From positions 194,759-258,758 of the forward strand of contig CAXWPH010000002.1 of the NCBI GenBank assembly GCA_963666055.2: a stretch of 64,000 bases of DNA, read 5' to 3'. A program made the translations under genes and the position numbers. Every line of letters begins with the position of its first letter. The stretch's first letter is position 1. Origin of the DNA: Acidobacteriota bacterium (GTDB taxonomy: Bacteria > Acidobacteriota > UBA890 > WLXD01). Under the pieces are notes generated by a model that saw only the letters and a program-made list of their open reading frames with translations, did no database searches and was not told where the DNA came from. Positions 8,811 to 18,714 of this stretch are shown piece by piece.

Positions 8811-9657
8811 GGGCGGTGCCTTCCGGTGCATGGGGCTGCTCGGTGTCATCCTGCCACTGTACGTAGTGCCTTTGGAGTTGCAGGCGCCACCTCAGCGGGT
8901 CGTCTCTCTGGTACCGGGTGCCACCGAGGTACTGTTCGCGATCGGCGCGGGCGAGCGCGTCGCCGGCGTGAGCAGCTTCGATCACTGGCCACCCGAGGTC
9001 GAGCGGCTTCCCCGCCTAGGGGGTCTGATCGACCCGGATCTGGAGGCGATTCTGACGCTGCGGCCCGATCTGGCGATCATCGACCCGTCGCAGAGCTCGC
9101 TGCGGCGTCAGCTGGCACTGAGTGGGATCGCTACGTACGAGTATGCCACCGCCGATGTGGCTGATCTGTTGCGCAACATGCGGGCGTTCGGAGAGTTGCT
9201 CGGCCTATCAGACGGCGCCGCCCGGTCTGCAGACGAGCTGAGCGCCGACCTCGACGCCGTTCGCGCTCGCTACGCTTCCGACGATCCGCCGAACGTCCTG
9301 ATGGTATTCGGCCGGCGCGATGGTAGCTTCGCCGAGCTTTGGGTAAACGGCGGCGTCGGCTTTCTCGAAGAGCTTACCGCCATCGCCGGTGGCCGCAACG
9401 TCTTTGGCGATGTGGAGCGTCCAGGGTTCAAGGCAGGGCTCGAGGCGGTCATCGCGCGTGTTCCCGACGTCGTCGTGGAGCTTCGCACCGACGGTCAGGA
9501 TGCCGTGCCGACGGCGACGCTCGAGATGGAATGGCGAACCTTGCCGGGGTTCGCGAATGTCCGGGTGGTGACGCTCGCCGCGGGCTGGATGCTGGTGCCG
9601 GGTCCGCGCGTCGCCGAAGCCGCACAGGTGCTGGGCGAGCGGCTGCACGGGCGTTGA
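8803..9657 (+). CDS. periplasmic substrate-binding protein, BtuF/FhuD class (Peripla_BP_2)
   Basis: Signal-like N-terminus, then RVVSLVPGATEVLFAIGAGERVAGVS...LEAILTLRPDLAII. Overlaps the permease stop and is the third gene of the riboswitch-controlled operon. Confidence 0.85.
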   Translation: MRRGGAFRCMGLLGVILPLYVVPLELQAPPQRVVSLVPGATEVLFAIGAGERVAGVSSFDHWPPEVERLPRLGGLIDPDLEAILTLRPDLAIIDPSQSSLRRQLALSGIATYEYATADVADLLRNMRAFGELLGLSDGAARSADELSADLDAVRARYASDDPPNVLMVFGRRDGSFAELWVNGGVGFLEELTAIAGGRNVFGDVERPGFKAGLEAVIARVPDVVVELRTDGQDAVPTATLEMEWRTLPGFANVRVVTLAAGWMLVPGPRVAEAAQVLGERLHGR

Positions 9658-9692
9658 CGGACGTCAGCCACCAGATACGCGAGAGCGGCCGG

Positions 9693-10742
9693 CTACCGCG
9701 CCGCCGCAATACGCTGACCAGCCCTGCGCTCCGCCAGACGGGTCGTTGACTCACCGCTGGCAAGCGATTCCTGCAACAGTTCGCGCGCCGTGTCCGCCAG
9801 TCCCTCGAGCAGCGCTTCTTGGTCGCTGCGCCCGTGGAAATCGCAGACTCCCAAGATCACCGCTCCCGATGAGGAAACGACGTCTGGCACGAACAGGATG
9901 TCGCGCTCTTTGAGCACCGCCTCCACCTCTGGCGCCGCGAGGATGTTGTTGGCAGCGCCGCACACGGCCCAGGCGCGCAGCTCACGCGCCGCCGCGCTCG
10001 TCAGCAGGCCGCCGTCGGCGCAAGGGGCGAGAAGATCGATGTCGGCGCGCAAGAGCTCAGCCGCCGGTACGACGGTTCCTCCCACGGCCTCGGCGGTTCT
10101 CCTCGCGGCGTCCTCGTCGAGGTCGGCGACGACTGGCTGCGCTCCGGCAGCAGCGAATGCCCGTGCCACCGCGTCGCCGATGCTGCCGCACCCCTGAACG
10201 CCGATGCGCAGTCCCGCCAGACCTGGTCGTCCGGCGATCCCCACGCAGGCGCGTGCGCAGCCCTCGACTCCTCGGGCAACCATGACCGCCATATCGGTCT
10301 CGTCGGTGCGCACCCAACGGCTCCGGGAGGCCATGATCTCCAGGTCGGCGCGTGATGTACCGAGGTCGCCGGCGGTCATGAACCTGCCGCCCATCTCTTC
10401 AACCCGCTGACCCAGTATCGAGAAGGCTGCTGTTCGATCGAGCTCGGGACGGTCCATTACCACCATCTTGGCGCCGCCGGCGTCGACCCCCGCGAGGGCG
10501 CACTTCAGGGTCATGGCGCGCGCCAGGCGTCGGGCATCGTCGGCCGCGTCCGCTGCCGATTCGTAGCTCCAGGTTCGCGTGCCGCCGGCGGCGGGGCCGA
10601 GCGTGGTGTCGTCGATTACCAGAAAAGCGCGCAGTCCCGAAGCCGCGTCGGTAAAGACCGTCAGCTGTTGCGCTCCGCTGCTTTCGAGTTGTGTCAGCAG
10701 CGATTCCATTTCTGCGCTCATAGTCGATGCATCCGGCGACAC
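9693..10742 (-). CDS. Leu/Phe/Val dehydrogenase-family amino acid dehydrogenase
   Basis: GPAAGGTRTWSY...ARAMTLKCALAGVDAGGAKMVV (catalytic Lys box) and the NAD Rossmann motif RIGVQGCGSIGDAVA. Confidence 0.85.
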   Translation of the reverse strand: MSPDASTMSAEMESLLTQLESSGAQQLTVFTDAASGLRAFLVIDDTTLGPAAGGTRTWSYESAADAADDARRLARAMTLKCALAGVDAGGAKMVVMDRPELDRTAAFSILGQRVEEMGGRFMTAGDLGTSRADLEIMASRSRWVRTDETDMAVMVARGVEGCARACVGIAGRPGLAGLRIGVQGCGSIGDAVARAFAAAGAQPVVADLDEDAARRTAEAVGGTVVPAAELLRADIDLLAPCADGGLLTSAAARELRAWAVCGAANNILAAPEVEAVLKERDILFVPDVVSSSGAVILGVCDFHGRSDQEALLEGLADTARELLQESLASGESTTRLAERRAGQRIAAAR

Positions 10743-10845
10743 CCGAGACCCGGGCCTGCCCCACCCACACTGCTGCGCTGTATGCTACCGTGCGCCGTCG
10801 TTCGAGAGAGATTCCGATGTTCGCGGTGGATAGGGAGGACGTGCC

Positions 10846-11949
10846 ATGAAGATGCGCGCCGCGCTACTGCAAGAATTCGGTAAGCCGCTGGAAATCCATG
10901 AAGTCGACCTCGCCCCGCCAAAGGCAGGCGAGGCGCTGGTCAAGGTGCACGCCTGCGGTGTCTGCCACACCGATATGTACACCTGGAGCGGTGCCGACCC
11001 GAGCGGGTTTGTACCCACGGTGCTCGGTCACGAGGGTGCTGGTGTGGTCGAAGAAGTCGGTGAGGGGGTGACGTCGCTAAAGCCCGGCGATCACGTTGTG
11101 TGCCTGTTTTCGCCCGAGTGCAGTGAGTGCAGCCACTGCACCAGCGGCAAGACCAACATCTGCATGGCCATCCGTGACACCCAGGGGCAGGGTTACCTGC
11201 CCGATGGAACGCCGCGTCTTTCTGTCGACGGCACGCCGATCCGGCACTTCATGGGTACCAGCACGTTCGCCGAGTATACCGTCATGCCCGAGATTGCCCT
11301 GGCGAAGGTCAATCGCGATGCGGCGCTCGACAAGATCTGCACGCTGGCCTGCGGTGCAACCACGGGCCTTGCGGCGGCCCTGTACAAGGCGGAGGTGGAA
11401 CCGGGATCGACCTGCGCCGTCTTCGGCTGTGGTCTCGTCGGGCTAGGCGCCGTAGCGGGCTGCCAGCTGGCCGACGCCGGGCGCATCATCGCCGTGGACA
11501 TGTCCGAGGACCGGCTGGCATCCGCGCGCCACTATGGTGCCACCGATACGATGCTCGGCGGCCCCGACACCGTCGACAAGATCGTCGAGATGACCGGGGG
11601 CATGGGCGCTGACTACACCTTCGAGGCTACCGGAAACGTCGGCGTGATGGCGCAGGCAGTCGAGTCGGCACGCATGGGTTGGGGTCTGTGCACAGTGCTG
11701 GGTGTAGCCGGCAAGGGTGAGACTTTGGATATCATTCCACGGTTCCTCATCACTGGCCGTCGGGTGCAGGGCGGCAGTTTCGGTGGTGCCAAGGGGCGCA
11801 CCCATGTGCCGAAGTTCGTCGACATGTACATGGAGGGAAAGCTCGACCTGGACAGTCTGGTGTCGCATCACCTGACCCTCGACGAGGTCATGAAGGGCTT
11901 CGACCTCATGGAGGCACAGGACGGGATCCGCTCGGTCATTATGTTCTGA
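10846..11949 (+). CDS. class III Zn-dependent alcohol dehydrogenase / S-(hydroxymethyl)thiol (glutathione or mycothiol) dehydrogenase-like
   Basis: CGVCHTD, GHEGAGVVEEVG, structural-Zn cysteines CSECSHCTSGKTNIC, GTSTFAEYTV, GCGLVGLGAVAG. Confidence 0.9.
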   Translation: MKMRAALLQEFGKPLEIHEVDLAPPKAGEALVKVHACGVCHTDMYTWSGADPSGFVPTVLGHEGAGVVEEVGEGVTSLKPGDHVVCLFSPECSECSHCTSGKTNICMAIRDTQGQGYLPDGTPRLSVDGTPIRHFMGTSTFAEYTVMPEIALAKVNRDAALDKICTLACGATTGLAAALYKAEVEPGSTCAVFGCGLVGLGAVAGCQLADAGRIIAVDMSEDRLASARHYGATDTMLGGPDTVDKIVEMTGGMGADYTFEATGNVGVMAQAVESARMGWGLCTVLGVAGKGETLDIIPRFLITGRRVQGGSFGGAKGRTHVPKFVDMYMEGKLDLDSLVSHHLTLDEVMKGFDLMEAQDGIRSVIMF

Positions 11950-12005
11950 GCGCGGCGTCCAGACTGCGGACGTCGCCAGAGCAAGCAACCCGGTAGGGGA
12001 GAGAA

Positions 12006-12749
12006 ATGATCATCCAGCGCAGCATGAGCGACGGCTACCTGTCGAACAGCTTTGTCGTCGCGGACAAGCCTGGTGGGCACGGGGTCCTCATTGACTCTGG
12101 TGGTCCGGTGGAACCGATTCTCGCCGCCATCGAAGACAACGACGTGACCATCACCCACCTACTGCTGACCCACCACCACATCGATCACGTGATCAACAAC
12201 GCAGTGTATGTCGACCGCTTCGGCGTCGACATCTGGGGTCACCCCACAGAGCGTGAGTTTTGCGCTGCTATACAGCACGATCTCAACGACGGCGACGAAA
12301 TCGTCTCGGGCGACCTGCGAATACGGGCTCTGCTGACGCCGGGGCATACGGTTGGCATGTTGGCACTAGTGGTCAACGACGAGGTTGTTTTCACCGGTGA
12401 CACCCTTTTCAAGGGAACGATCGGTGGCACGCTGGCTCCGGGTCACGCGACCTACGCCGACATCAGGCACTCCATCATGGAGGTGCTGATGAAGCTGCCG
12501 CCGGAGACTCGTGTGTGTCCCGGGCACACCGACGACACTACGATCGGCGCGGAGTGGGATAACAACGCGTTCATTCGCATCTGGCGTGGCCTGGACCCGG
12601 AGGGCTCGGCCCCCTGCACCGCGTTCGACAAGCCGGCCACACTGGTGTTGCGTGCCCTCGACTACGACGGTGGCACGAAGTGCTGGGTGCGCTTCGACGA
12701 AGGCAACCACGACGAGATCGTTCCAGGCTCGAAGGTGGTCGGCGACTGA
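12006..12749 (+). CDS. MBL-fold metallo-hydrolase (glyoxalase II-like)
   Basis: HHHIDH motif (LLLTHHHIDHV), TPGHTVG, GDTLFKGTIGG. Lies directly downstream of the class III ADH. Confidence 0.85.
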   Translation: MIIQRSMSDGYLSNSFVVADKPGGHGVLIDSGGPVEPILAAIEDNDVTITHLLLTHHHIDHVINNAVYVDRFGVDIWGHPTEREFCAAIQHDLNDGDEIVSGDLRIRALLTPGHTVGMLALVVNDEVVFTGDTLFKGTIGGTLAPGHATYADIRHSIMEVLMKLPPETRVCPGHTDDTTIGAEWDNNAFIRIWRGLDPEGSAPCTAFDKPATLVLRALDYDGGTKCWVRFDEGNHDEIVPGSKVVGD

Positions 12750-12762
12750 CAAGCTACCCGCG

Positions 12763-13305
12763 ATGACGGTCGCCCGCGAGATGGTGGCTCTCGCCAATCG
12801 CGACGGCGGACGCATCGTCGTCGTCGTGGATCGCGTGGGGGTATTCGAGGCCGCGCTGGCGGTCGATTTCGCGACGATGACCGACGTGGTGACGGAGATC
12901 GGCCGAGCCCGCGTCGTGCCATCGATGGTCGCCGACGTAGAGCTTCTCGGCGGCGCGGAGGGCGAGGTGCTGGTCGATCACTTGGCTCGGCAAGGAAAAA
13001 CGCGCGTCATGATCAACCATCGGTCGTTCGTCATCACGTTCTCCGCCCTGCCTGGTGGTGCCGGCGCGGGGCTCGGCTGGCCCGAGCTCGAGGGCGCGCG
13101 CTCCAGCCAGACGGTCTGGTCCCGCCTGCACCTGGCGTTCAACTGCTTGCTGCCGTTTCCCGAGCAGGACCGGGGTGCGGACCGCGCCGTGGAGCAGTTC
13201 CTGGAAGCGCTGGTGGAACGGCTGCGAACGCGCTGGGACGGTACGCGCTGGCTGCAGTCGATCTCGCCCGCTTACCTGTCCGACTTCGCCCACGAGGTGG
13301 GCTGA
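12763..13305 (+). CDS. hypothetical protein
   Basis: Within ORF track 12511..13305; the upstream part overlaps the MBL gene, so I start at MTVAREM (ATG 12763). GC3-rich codons and balanced composition. No family recognised. Confidence 0.4.
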   Translation: MTVAREMVALANRDGGRIVVVVDRVGVFEAALAVDFATMTDVVTEIGRARVVPSMVADVELLGGAEGEVLVDHLARQGKTRVMINHRSFVITFSALPGGAGAGLGWPELEGARSSQTVWSRLHLAFNCLLPFPEQDRGADRAVEQFLEALVERLRTRWDGTRWLQSISPAYLSDFAHEVG

Positions 13306-13336
13306 TCTTGTTGTCGATTAGCTGGTCGTTCGGCGG

Positions 13337-13978
13337 TTAGCGGAGGAGCCGATTCAGAACCGGCTCCAGAACGGCCCAGACATTGCCGGCGACGATGCGG
13401 TGTCCCTCGGCGTTCGGGTGGATCCCGTCGGCGCGATTGTATTCAGGCCGACCGGCGACACCGTCGAGCAGAAACGGGATGAGCTCTACAGCGTTGGCGG
13501 CCGCGAGTGCCGGGAACATCTGGCGAAACTCGTTGGTATAGGGCTCGCCCAAGTTGGGGGGGACCATCATGCCGGCGACGACGATCTCGATGTTCGGATA
13601 GGTTTGGCGAGCCTTGTCGATAATTGCCTGGAGATTGGCGCGGGTGCTCTTGACCGGGGTGCCGCGCAGCCCGTCGTTGGCGCCGAGCTCGAGCACCAGC
13701 ACACGGACAGGGTCACGCAGCAGCCAATCGACCCGTCGCAAGCCGCCAGCGCTGGTCTCACCGCTTCTTCCAGCGTTGACCACGCGGAACGGCCAGCCAC
13801 GCTCGTCGACGCGTTCTTGGATCAGCGCCGGAAACGCCTCCTGTGGACTAAGCCCCAGTCCTGCCGTCAGGCTGTTGCCGAGGAACAGGACGGTGTCACC
13901 CTGTAGCGCTGTGCCGTCGTAGGTGCACAGCAGTGCCGCCAGCGCAGCGGCGAGACCAACGAAACGCTTGGGCGACAC
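13337..13978 (-). CDS. tesA: SGNH/GDSL arylesterase-lysophospholipase, TesA-like
   Basis: Block I VLFLGNSLTAG, block II NAGRSGETS, block III ELGANDGLRG, block V DGIHPN. GTG 13978 has a GGAGAG Shine-Dalgarno 6 nt upstream (VSPKRFVGLAAALAALLC signal). The longest ORF runs to 14119. Divergent from ybbA-ybbP as in E. coli. Confidence 0.85.
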   Translation of the reverse strand: MSPKRFVGLAAALAALLCTYDGTALQGDTVLFLGNSLTAGLGLSPQEAFPALIQERVDERGWPFRVVNAGRSGETSAGGLRRVDWLLRDPVRVLVLELGANDGLRGTPVKSTRANLQAIIDKARQTYPNIEIVVAGMMVPPNLGEPYTNEFRQMFPALAAANAVELIPFLLDGVAGRPEYNRADGIHPNAEGHRIVAGNVWAVLEPVLNRLLR

Positions 13979-14059
13979 GGCGCACTCTCCAGCAGTGCAG
14001 GTACGGACACTGTCCATTGTAGATACTAGAGAACTGCTCCCGCCGCCCCGGTACTGGTC

Positions 14060-14770
14060 ATGCTCGCAGCCCCGATACTGGAAGCCCGTCGCCTCACCAA
14101 GACTTTCACCGCATCTCACGGCAAGCTCACCGTGCTACGCGACGTCGACTTCGCCATCGCCGCCGGGTCGACGTGTGCCGTAGTCGGCCCGTCGGGAAGC
14201 GGCAAGACGACGCTGCTGGGGCTATGCGCCGGACTCGATCGTCCGACCTCCGGCGAGGTGTTGGTCGACGGTCAGCCGTTGAGCGAGCTTGACGAGGACG
14301 AGTTGTCGGCCCTACGCAACCGCAAGGTCGGATTCGTGTTCCAGAACTTCCAGCTGCTGGAAACCCTGACAGCGCTCGAAAACGTCATGGTGCCGTTGGA
14401 GTTGCGCGGCGACGCTAATGCCGCGTCGCGTGCCAAAGAGCTTCTCGACCAGGTCGGGCTCGATGACCGCCTCGATCACTACCCCGTACAGCTTTCGGGT
14501 GGCGAGCAGCAGCGCGTGTCGCTGGCGCGCGCCTTCATGAACGAGCCGTCGCTGCTGTTCGCCGACGAGCCCACCGGGAACCTCGACGGCGAGACCGGTG
14601 ATCGCGTGCAGGATCTGCTCTTCGACTTGAACGCCGCGCGCGGCACGGCGCTGATCGTAGTAACCCACGACGAGCGCCTGGCGCGACGTACCGAACGCAT
14701 CATTCGATTGCGCAACGGGGCGGTCGTTGCCGATAAAAAGACCGCCACTGCCGGGGCATCGGTAGCGTGA
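14060..14770 (+). CDS. ybbA: ABC transporter ATP-binding protein, YbbA/LolD-like
   Basis: Walker A GPSGSGKTTLL, FVFQNFQLL, signature LSGGEQQRVSLARA, Walker B LLFADEPTGNLD. Confidence 0.9.
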   Translation: MLAAPILEARRLTKTFTASHGKLTVLRDVDFAIAAGSTCAVVGPSGSGKTTLLGLCAGLDRPTSGEVLVDGQPLSELDEDELSALRNRKVGFVFQNFQLLETLTALENVMVPLELRGDANAASRAKELLDQVGLDDRLDHYPVQLSGGEQQRVSLARAFMNEPSLLFADEPTGNLDGETGDRVQDLLFDLNAARGTALIVVTHDERLARRTERIIRLRNGAVVADKKTATAGASVA

Positions 14771-17310
14771 CACGGCGCACGCGATGGATCGCACGCCTGG
14801 CATGGCGCGATGCGCGGGCGACACCTCAGCGGTTGTTGCTGTTCATGCTCACGATCGTCACCGGTGTCGCCTCTCTAGTGGCCGTGCGGTCGTTTGCCGA
14901 CAACCTCGCCAGCTCCGTCGACGACGAGGCCAAGGTGTTGCTCGGGGCGGATTTGGAGCTGTACGGCCGCAGCCCATTCGGGGCCGAGGCGGAAGCGCTG
15001 GTAGCCAGAATTGGCGGCGATCAGGCGCGGCAGGTAGCGCTCGGATCAATGGCCTACTTTCCAGGAAGCGGTGCCTCTCGCCTGGTTCGGGTCCGTGCTG
15101 TCGATAGTGGCTATCCCTTCTATGGCGCGCTCGAGACGGAGCCGGCGGCGGCGGCACACGACTTCCGCTCCGAGCAGTCGGCGTTGGTGGATCACACACT
15201 CATGCTGCAGTTCGGCGTTGAAGTTGGGGATCCGATCCGTATCGGTGAGGCGACGTTCCGCGTGGCGGGGCGGCTCATGCGGATCCCTGGGGAGGTGCCG
15301 ACTGCTTCGCTGGTGGGCCCGCGCGTCTTCATCCCGCGACGGTTTCTCGAAGAGACGCAACGCATTCGCGGCGGTAGCCGCGCCACCTACAGCACCTTCT
15401 TCCGGCTCGATCGGACTCCCGAGCAGGTCGCCGACCTCGTCGACGAGATCGGGCCGGAGCTTCGCGAGCTGCGGCTCGAGGTGGAGTCGGTGCAGCATCG
15501 ACGCGAGGCCATCGGCGAAGCACTGGACAATCTCTACTCGTTCCTTTACCTGGCCGGCTTTGCCGCGTTGCTGCTCGGGGGCATCGGAGTAGCCAGCGCC
15601 ACCCATCTGCACGTCAAGAGCAAGGTGCGTGCGGTCGCCGTGCTGCGTTGTTTGGGGGCTTCTTCCGGCGGACCGCTGGCGGTGTTCGTGTTGCAGGCGG
15701 CCGGCATGGGGCTTGTCGGTGCCTTCGGCGGCACGGTTGCCGGGGTCGGTCTGCAGGCGCTGCTGCCGCGTGTGCTGGCGGCGCTCCTTCCGGTGCCGGT
15801 GCAATTTCGGTTGCACGTCTCGGCGCTCGTCGAGGGCCTCGTTGTCGGCGTTGTCGTGGCCATGTTGTTCGCGGCACTGCCGCTGCTCGCCCTGCGGCGG
15901 GTGAGTCCGTTACTGGCGCTAAGGTTGTTTGCAGTCGATGGTCCGAAGCTGGCTCGCGATCCGGCGCAATGGATCGGCGTCGCGGCCGTTGCCGCAGGTG
16001 TTTGCACAGTGGCCGTGTCGCAAACCGCCAGCTGGCGCGTCGGGTTAGCCATCAGTGGGTCGTTGGCCGGCGTGCTCTTGGCGTTGATCCTCGTGGCGGT
16101 TCTCCTCAGGCTCGCGGCGCGACGCGCCCTACCAGTCGGGTGGCCTTATGCGTGGCGGCAGGGCGTAGCCAATATGCATCGCCCCAACAACCAGACTGCT
16201 GTGGTAATGCTGACGCTGGGGTTCGGAGTCTTCCTCATCGCGACGCTCCACCTCACCCAGGTAGCGCTGTTGGAGTCGGTGGCGAGTCTCGAGATGGGTG
16301 GAAATCCCAACCTGGTGCTGTTCGACATCCAGCCCGATCAGGTTGACGGTGTGCGCAAGATTCTCGCCGATGAGGGGCTGGAGGTGATTCAGGAGACGCC
16401 GGTGGTCCCAATGCGCCTGGCGTCGGTCAAAGGGCGTCCGGTCACCGAGATCGACGAGTCAGAGATCAGGCCCTGGGTCTTGCGGCGCGAGTACAACTCG
16501 ACCTACCGGTCGGAGATCACAGCGACAGAAGAGATTGTTGCCGGCGAGTGGGTCGAGATCGCGCCGCCGGGGCAGGGGGTTGAAGGCGACCCAGTGCCGG
16601 TCTCGCTGGAGGAAGGAATTGCGGAGCGACTGAAGATCGATGTTGGCGACCTCCTCGAGTTCGACGTTCAGGGGGTTGCAGTGATGGCGCGGGTCGCTAG
16701 CCTACGCACGGTGGATTGGGAACAGGTGAGGCCGAACTTCTTCGTGGTGTTTCCGACCGGCGTGCTGGAGGCGGCGCCGCAGCAGATCGTCGTGGTTTCG
16801 CGGGCCTCGGGGCCGGAACAATCTGCGGCTGTCCAGCGTCGCATCGTCGAGCGGTATACGAACGTGGCGTTGATGGACCTCGGATTGATCTTGGCGTCGA
16901 TTGACGCGGTGCTAGCACAGGTGAGCTTGGCGTTGCGCTTCATGGCCGGCCTCAGCGTCGTCAGCGGGCTGGTCGTACTGGTCGCGGCGGTGCTTTCGAG
17001 CCGCTACCAGCGACTGAGGGAGAGTGTGCTGTTGCGCACGCTGGGTGCGTCACGATCACAGATCTTGCAGATTCTCACCGTCGAGTACGTCGCCCTGGGG
17101 CTGCTGGCCGCGCTTACCGGTCTGGTCTTGGCCCTGGGAGCAACGTGGGCGCTGTCGCGCTGGCTGTTCGAGGTGCCGTTCGAGCCCGGTGTCCTACCGT
17201 TGCTCGTTCTTCTGGTCGTCGTGGTGTCTCTCACGCTGGTCGTCGGTCTGCTGGGCAGCCGAGGCGCCACGCGGCGGCCTCCGCTCGAGGTCCTGCGGGC
17301 GGAGCTCTGA
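14767..17310 (+). CDS. ybbP: FtsX-family duplicated ABC permease, YbbP-like
   Basis: 847 aa. GTGA overlap with the ATPase stop. Two FtsX-type TM bundles (around VAVLRCLGASSG... and LLRTLGASRSQIL...) separated by a large soluble domain. Confidence 0.9.
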   Translation: MTRRTRWIARLAWRDARATPQRLLLFMLTIVTGVASLVAVRSFADNLASSVDDEAKVLLGADLELYGRSPFGAEAEALVARIGGDQARQVALGSMAYFPGSGASRLVRVRAVDSGYPFYGALETEPAAAAHDFRSEQSALVDHTLMLQFGVEVGDPIRIGEATFRVAGRLMRIPGEVPTASLVGPRVFIPRRFLEETQRIRGGSRATYSTFFRLDRTPEQVADLVDEIGPELRELRLEVESVQHRREAIGEALDNLYSFLYLAGFAALLLGGIGVASATHLHVKSKVRAVAVLRCLGASSGGPLAVFVLQAAGMGLVGAFGGTVAGVGLQALLPRVLAALLPVPVQFRLHVSALVEGLVVGVVVAMLFAALPLLALRRVSPLLALRLFAVDGPKLARDPAQWIGVAAVAAGVCTVAVSQTASWRVGLAISGSLAGVLLALILVAVLLRLAARRALPVGWPYAWRQGVANMHRPNNQTAVVMLTLGFGVFLIATLHLTQVALLESVASLEMGGNPNLVLFDIQPDQVDGVRKILADEGLEVIQETPVVPMRLASVKGRPVTEIDESEIRPWVLRREYNSTYRSEITATEEIVAGEWVEIAPPGQGVEGDPVPVSLEEGIAERLKIDVGDLLEFDVQGVAVMARVASLRTVDWEQVRPNFFVVFPTGVLEAAPQQIVVVSRASGPEQSAAVQRRIVERYTNVALMDLGLILASIDAVLAQVSLALRFMAGLSVVSGLVVLVAAVLSSRYQRLRESVLLRTLGASRSQILQILTVEYVALGLLAALTGLVLALGATWALSRWLFEVPFEPGVLPLLVLLVVVVSLTLVVGLLGSRGATRRPPLEVLRAEL

Positions 17311-17469
17311 CGTCGGGGTTCCCGCCCATCGTGCATGCCTTTGCGGCCTCCTGGCGATCTGAGGCCGCTGCTGACCGAAGATGCCGGCTCGGCGGTGGCC
17401 GCCTCTGGCCGCTCCTGGCCGCATCTTTCCTCCATGCAGGTGCAGCCGATGCCGGCGGGGAATCTGTCG

Positions 17470-17952
17470 GTCGCTGGCCGCGCGATGGGGCGGTTTGGAT
17501 TTACGACGTCGACGGCAGCATCAGCCGTGCCGGAGGTCGCCACGCGTGGGTCAACCCGTCGCTTCTGGACATGGACGAATGGGGAACGCTCTACGTCGTC
17601 GACAAGGGTGCCGGACGGCCGATGCCCGGCACCAACAACCAGTGGCACTTCGATGCCATATACAAGACCGGCATGCCGGTCTACCGGTTTCCCAAGGCCC
17701 TGTACGCCACAGCTCCTCTGGCTGGCGAACAAGCAGCTCTATAGCCTCTGCGAGGGGCGGCTGTTCAAGCGCATCAACGGCCTCGACATCGGCCCAAACC
17801 TGGGGATCTACCTGGTCGACGGCTTCGATGTCTTCGGCGAGTCGGAGATCTATCGGCTTGATAATGTCGCCACGTGCAAGCTACGCTTGCTCGCCGATGG
17901 GGCCATGGTGAACGGTGTGCAAGGGCTGGCGATCGGGCTTCCGGCGCGCTGA
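17470..17952 (+). pseudogene. frameshifted remnant of a beta-propeller-like (NHL/SMP-30-like) protein
   Basis: Two protein-like, GC3-rich readings in different frames. The first is AVWIYDVDGSISRAGGRHAWVNPSLLDMDEWGTLYVVDKGAGRPMPGTNNQWHFDAIYKTGMPVYRFPKALY (frame of ORF 17145..17744). The second is QLYSLCEGRLFKRINGLDIGPNLGIYLVDGFDVFGESEIYRLDNVATCKLRLLADGAMVNGVQGLAIGLPAR (frame of ORF 17335..17952). No convincing start codon. Confidence 0.35.
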
Positions 17953-17958
17953 TCGCGG

Positions 17959-18714
17959 CTACTCGAGCGTGTAGTCCGGATCGCCATACAGCGCTTCGGG
18001 AAGCTCGTCGTAGACGTGGATGTCCCAGTCCTCGCCACGGCCGCGGCCGGTCGAGAGCAGGATGCTACCGAAGCTCGTCCAGTTCTCCCACGGCAACGTG
18101 AAGCCTGGCTCGGTCTGGTCGCGACTGGCGAAGTAGCTCCACTGTTCCACCAACCCCGAGTCTCGGGCGACGTATACGAGATACCTGTTGTCCGGCGTCA
18201 CGCCGACGCTCTCGAAGGTCATCTCGAGAACATCCGCCTCGCGATCGTCGGCCATGATGTCTTCGCCGACATGGCGAAGGTTGACGCCGGGATCCAGCAG
18301 CTTGTAAGGCATGAACATCCAGTAGGAGTCGTTTACCCAGGACCGCCAACCACGCTCGAGACCCTCCTGCAACGGGGTACCGATGAGCTCCTCTCCGCTT
18401 GTCCAGACCCGGCCACTGCGGCTGTTGAGGCTCATCAGGATGAGCATTTCGGGTCCGCGGTCGCTGGCAGGAATCTCGATGCGAATGTTGCCCGTGTGCT
18501 TGTCCCAGTAGTGTTGGCGGCCGCCGAAGAACTTCCAGGCAATGTGCCGCGTGCTATCCCAGCCGTCCCGTCCGCCCATGGCATCCATGACGGATTCGGC
18601 GATCGCCCGAGCCTCCGGATCGACCTGTATGGGAACGGCCCCGCCGCCGTCCGACGCAACCGGCGTGGCGATGAGCAACAGCAGCACGGCAGCACTGACA
18701 AAGCGCTTCGTCAT
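17959..18714 (-). CDS. secreted hypothetical protein
   Basis: Within ORF 17959..19035; starts at MTKRFVSAAVLLLLIATPVASDG (signal peptide) with an ATGA overlap on the upstream SGNH gene stop. 251 aa, no family recognised. Confidence 0.6.
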   Translation of the reverse strand: MTKRFVSAAVLLLLIATPVASDGGGAVPIQVDPEARAIAESVMDAMGGRDGWDSTRHIAWKFFGGRQHYWDKHTGNIRIEIPASDRGPEMLILMSLNSRSGRVWTSGEELIGTPLQEGLERGWRSWVNDSYWMFMPYKLLDPGVNLRHVGEDIMADDREADVLEMTFESVGVTPDNRYLVYVARDSGLVEQWSYFASRDQTEPGFTLPWENWTSFGSILLSTGRGRGEDWDIHVYDELPEALYGDPDYTLE

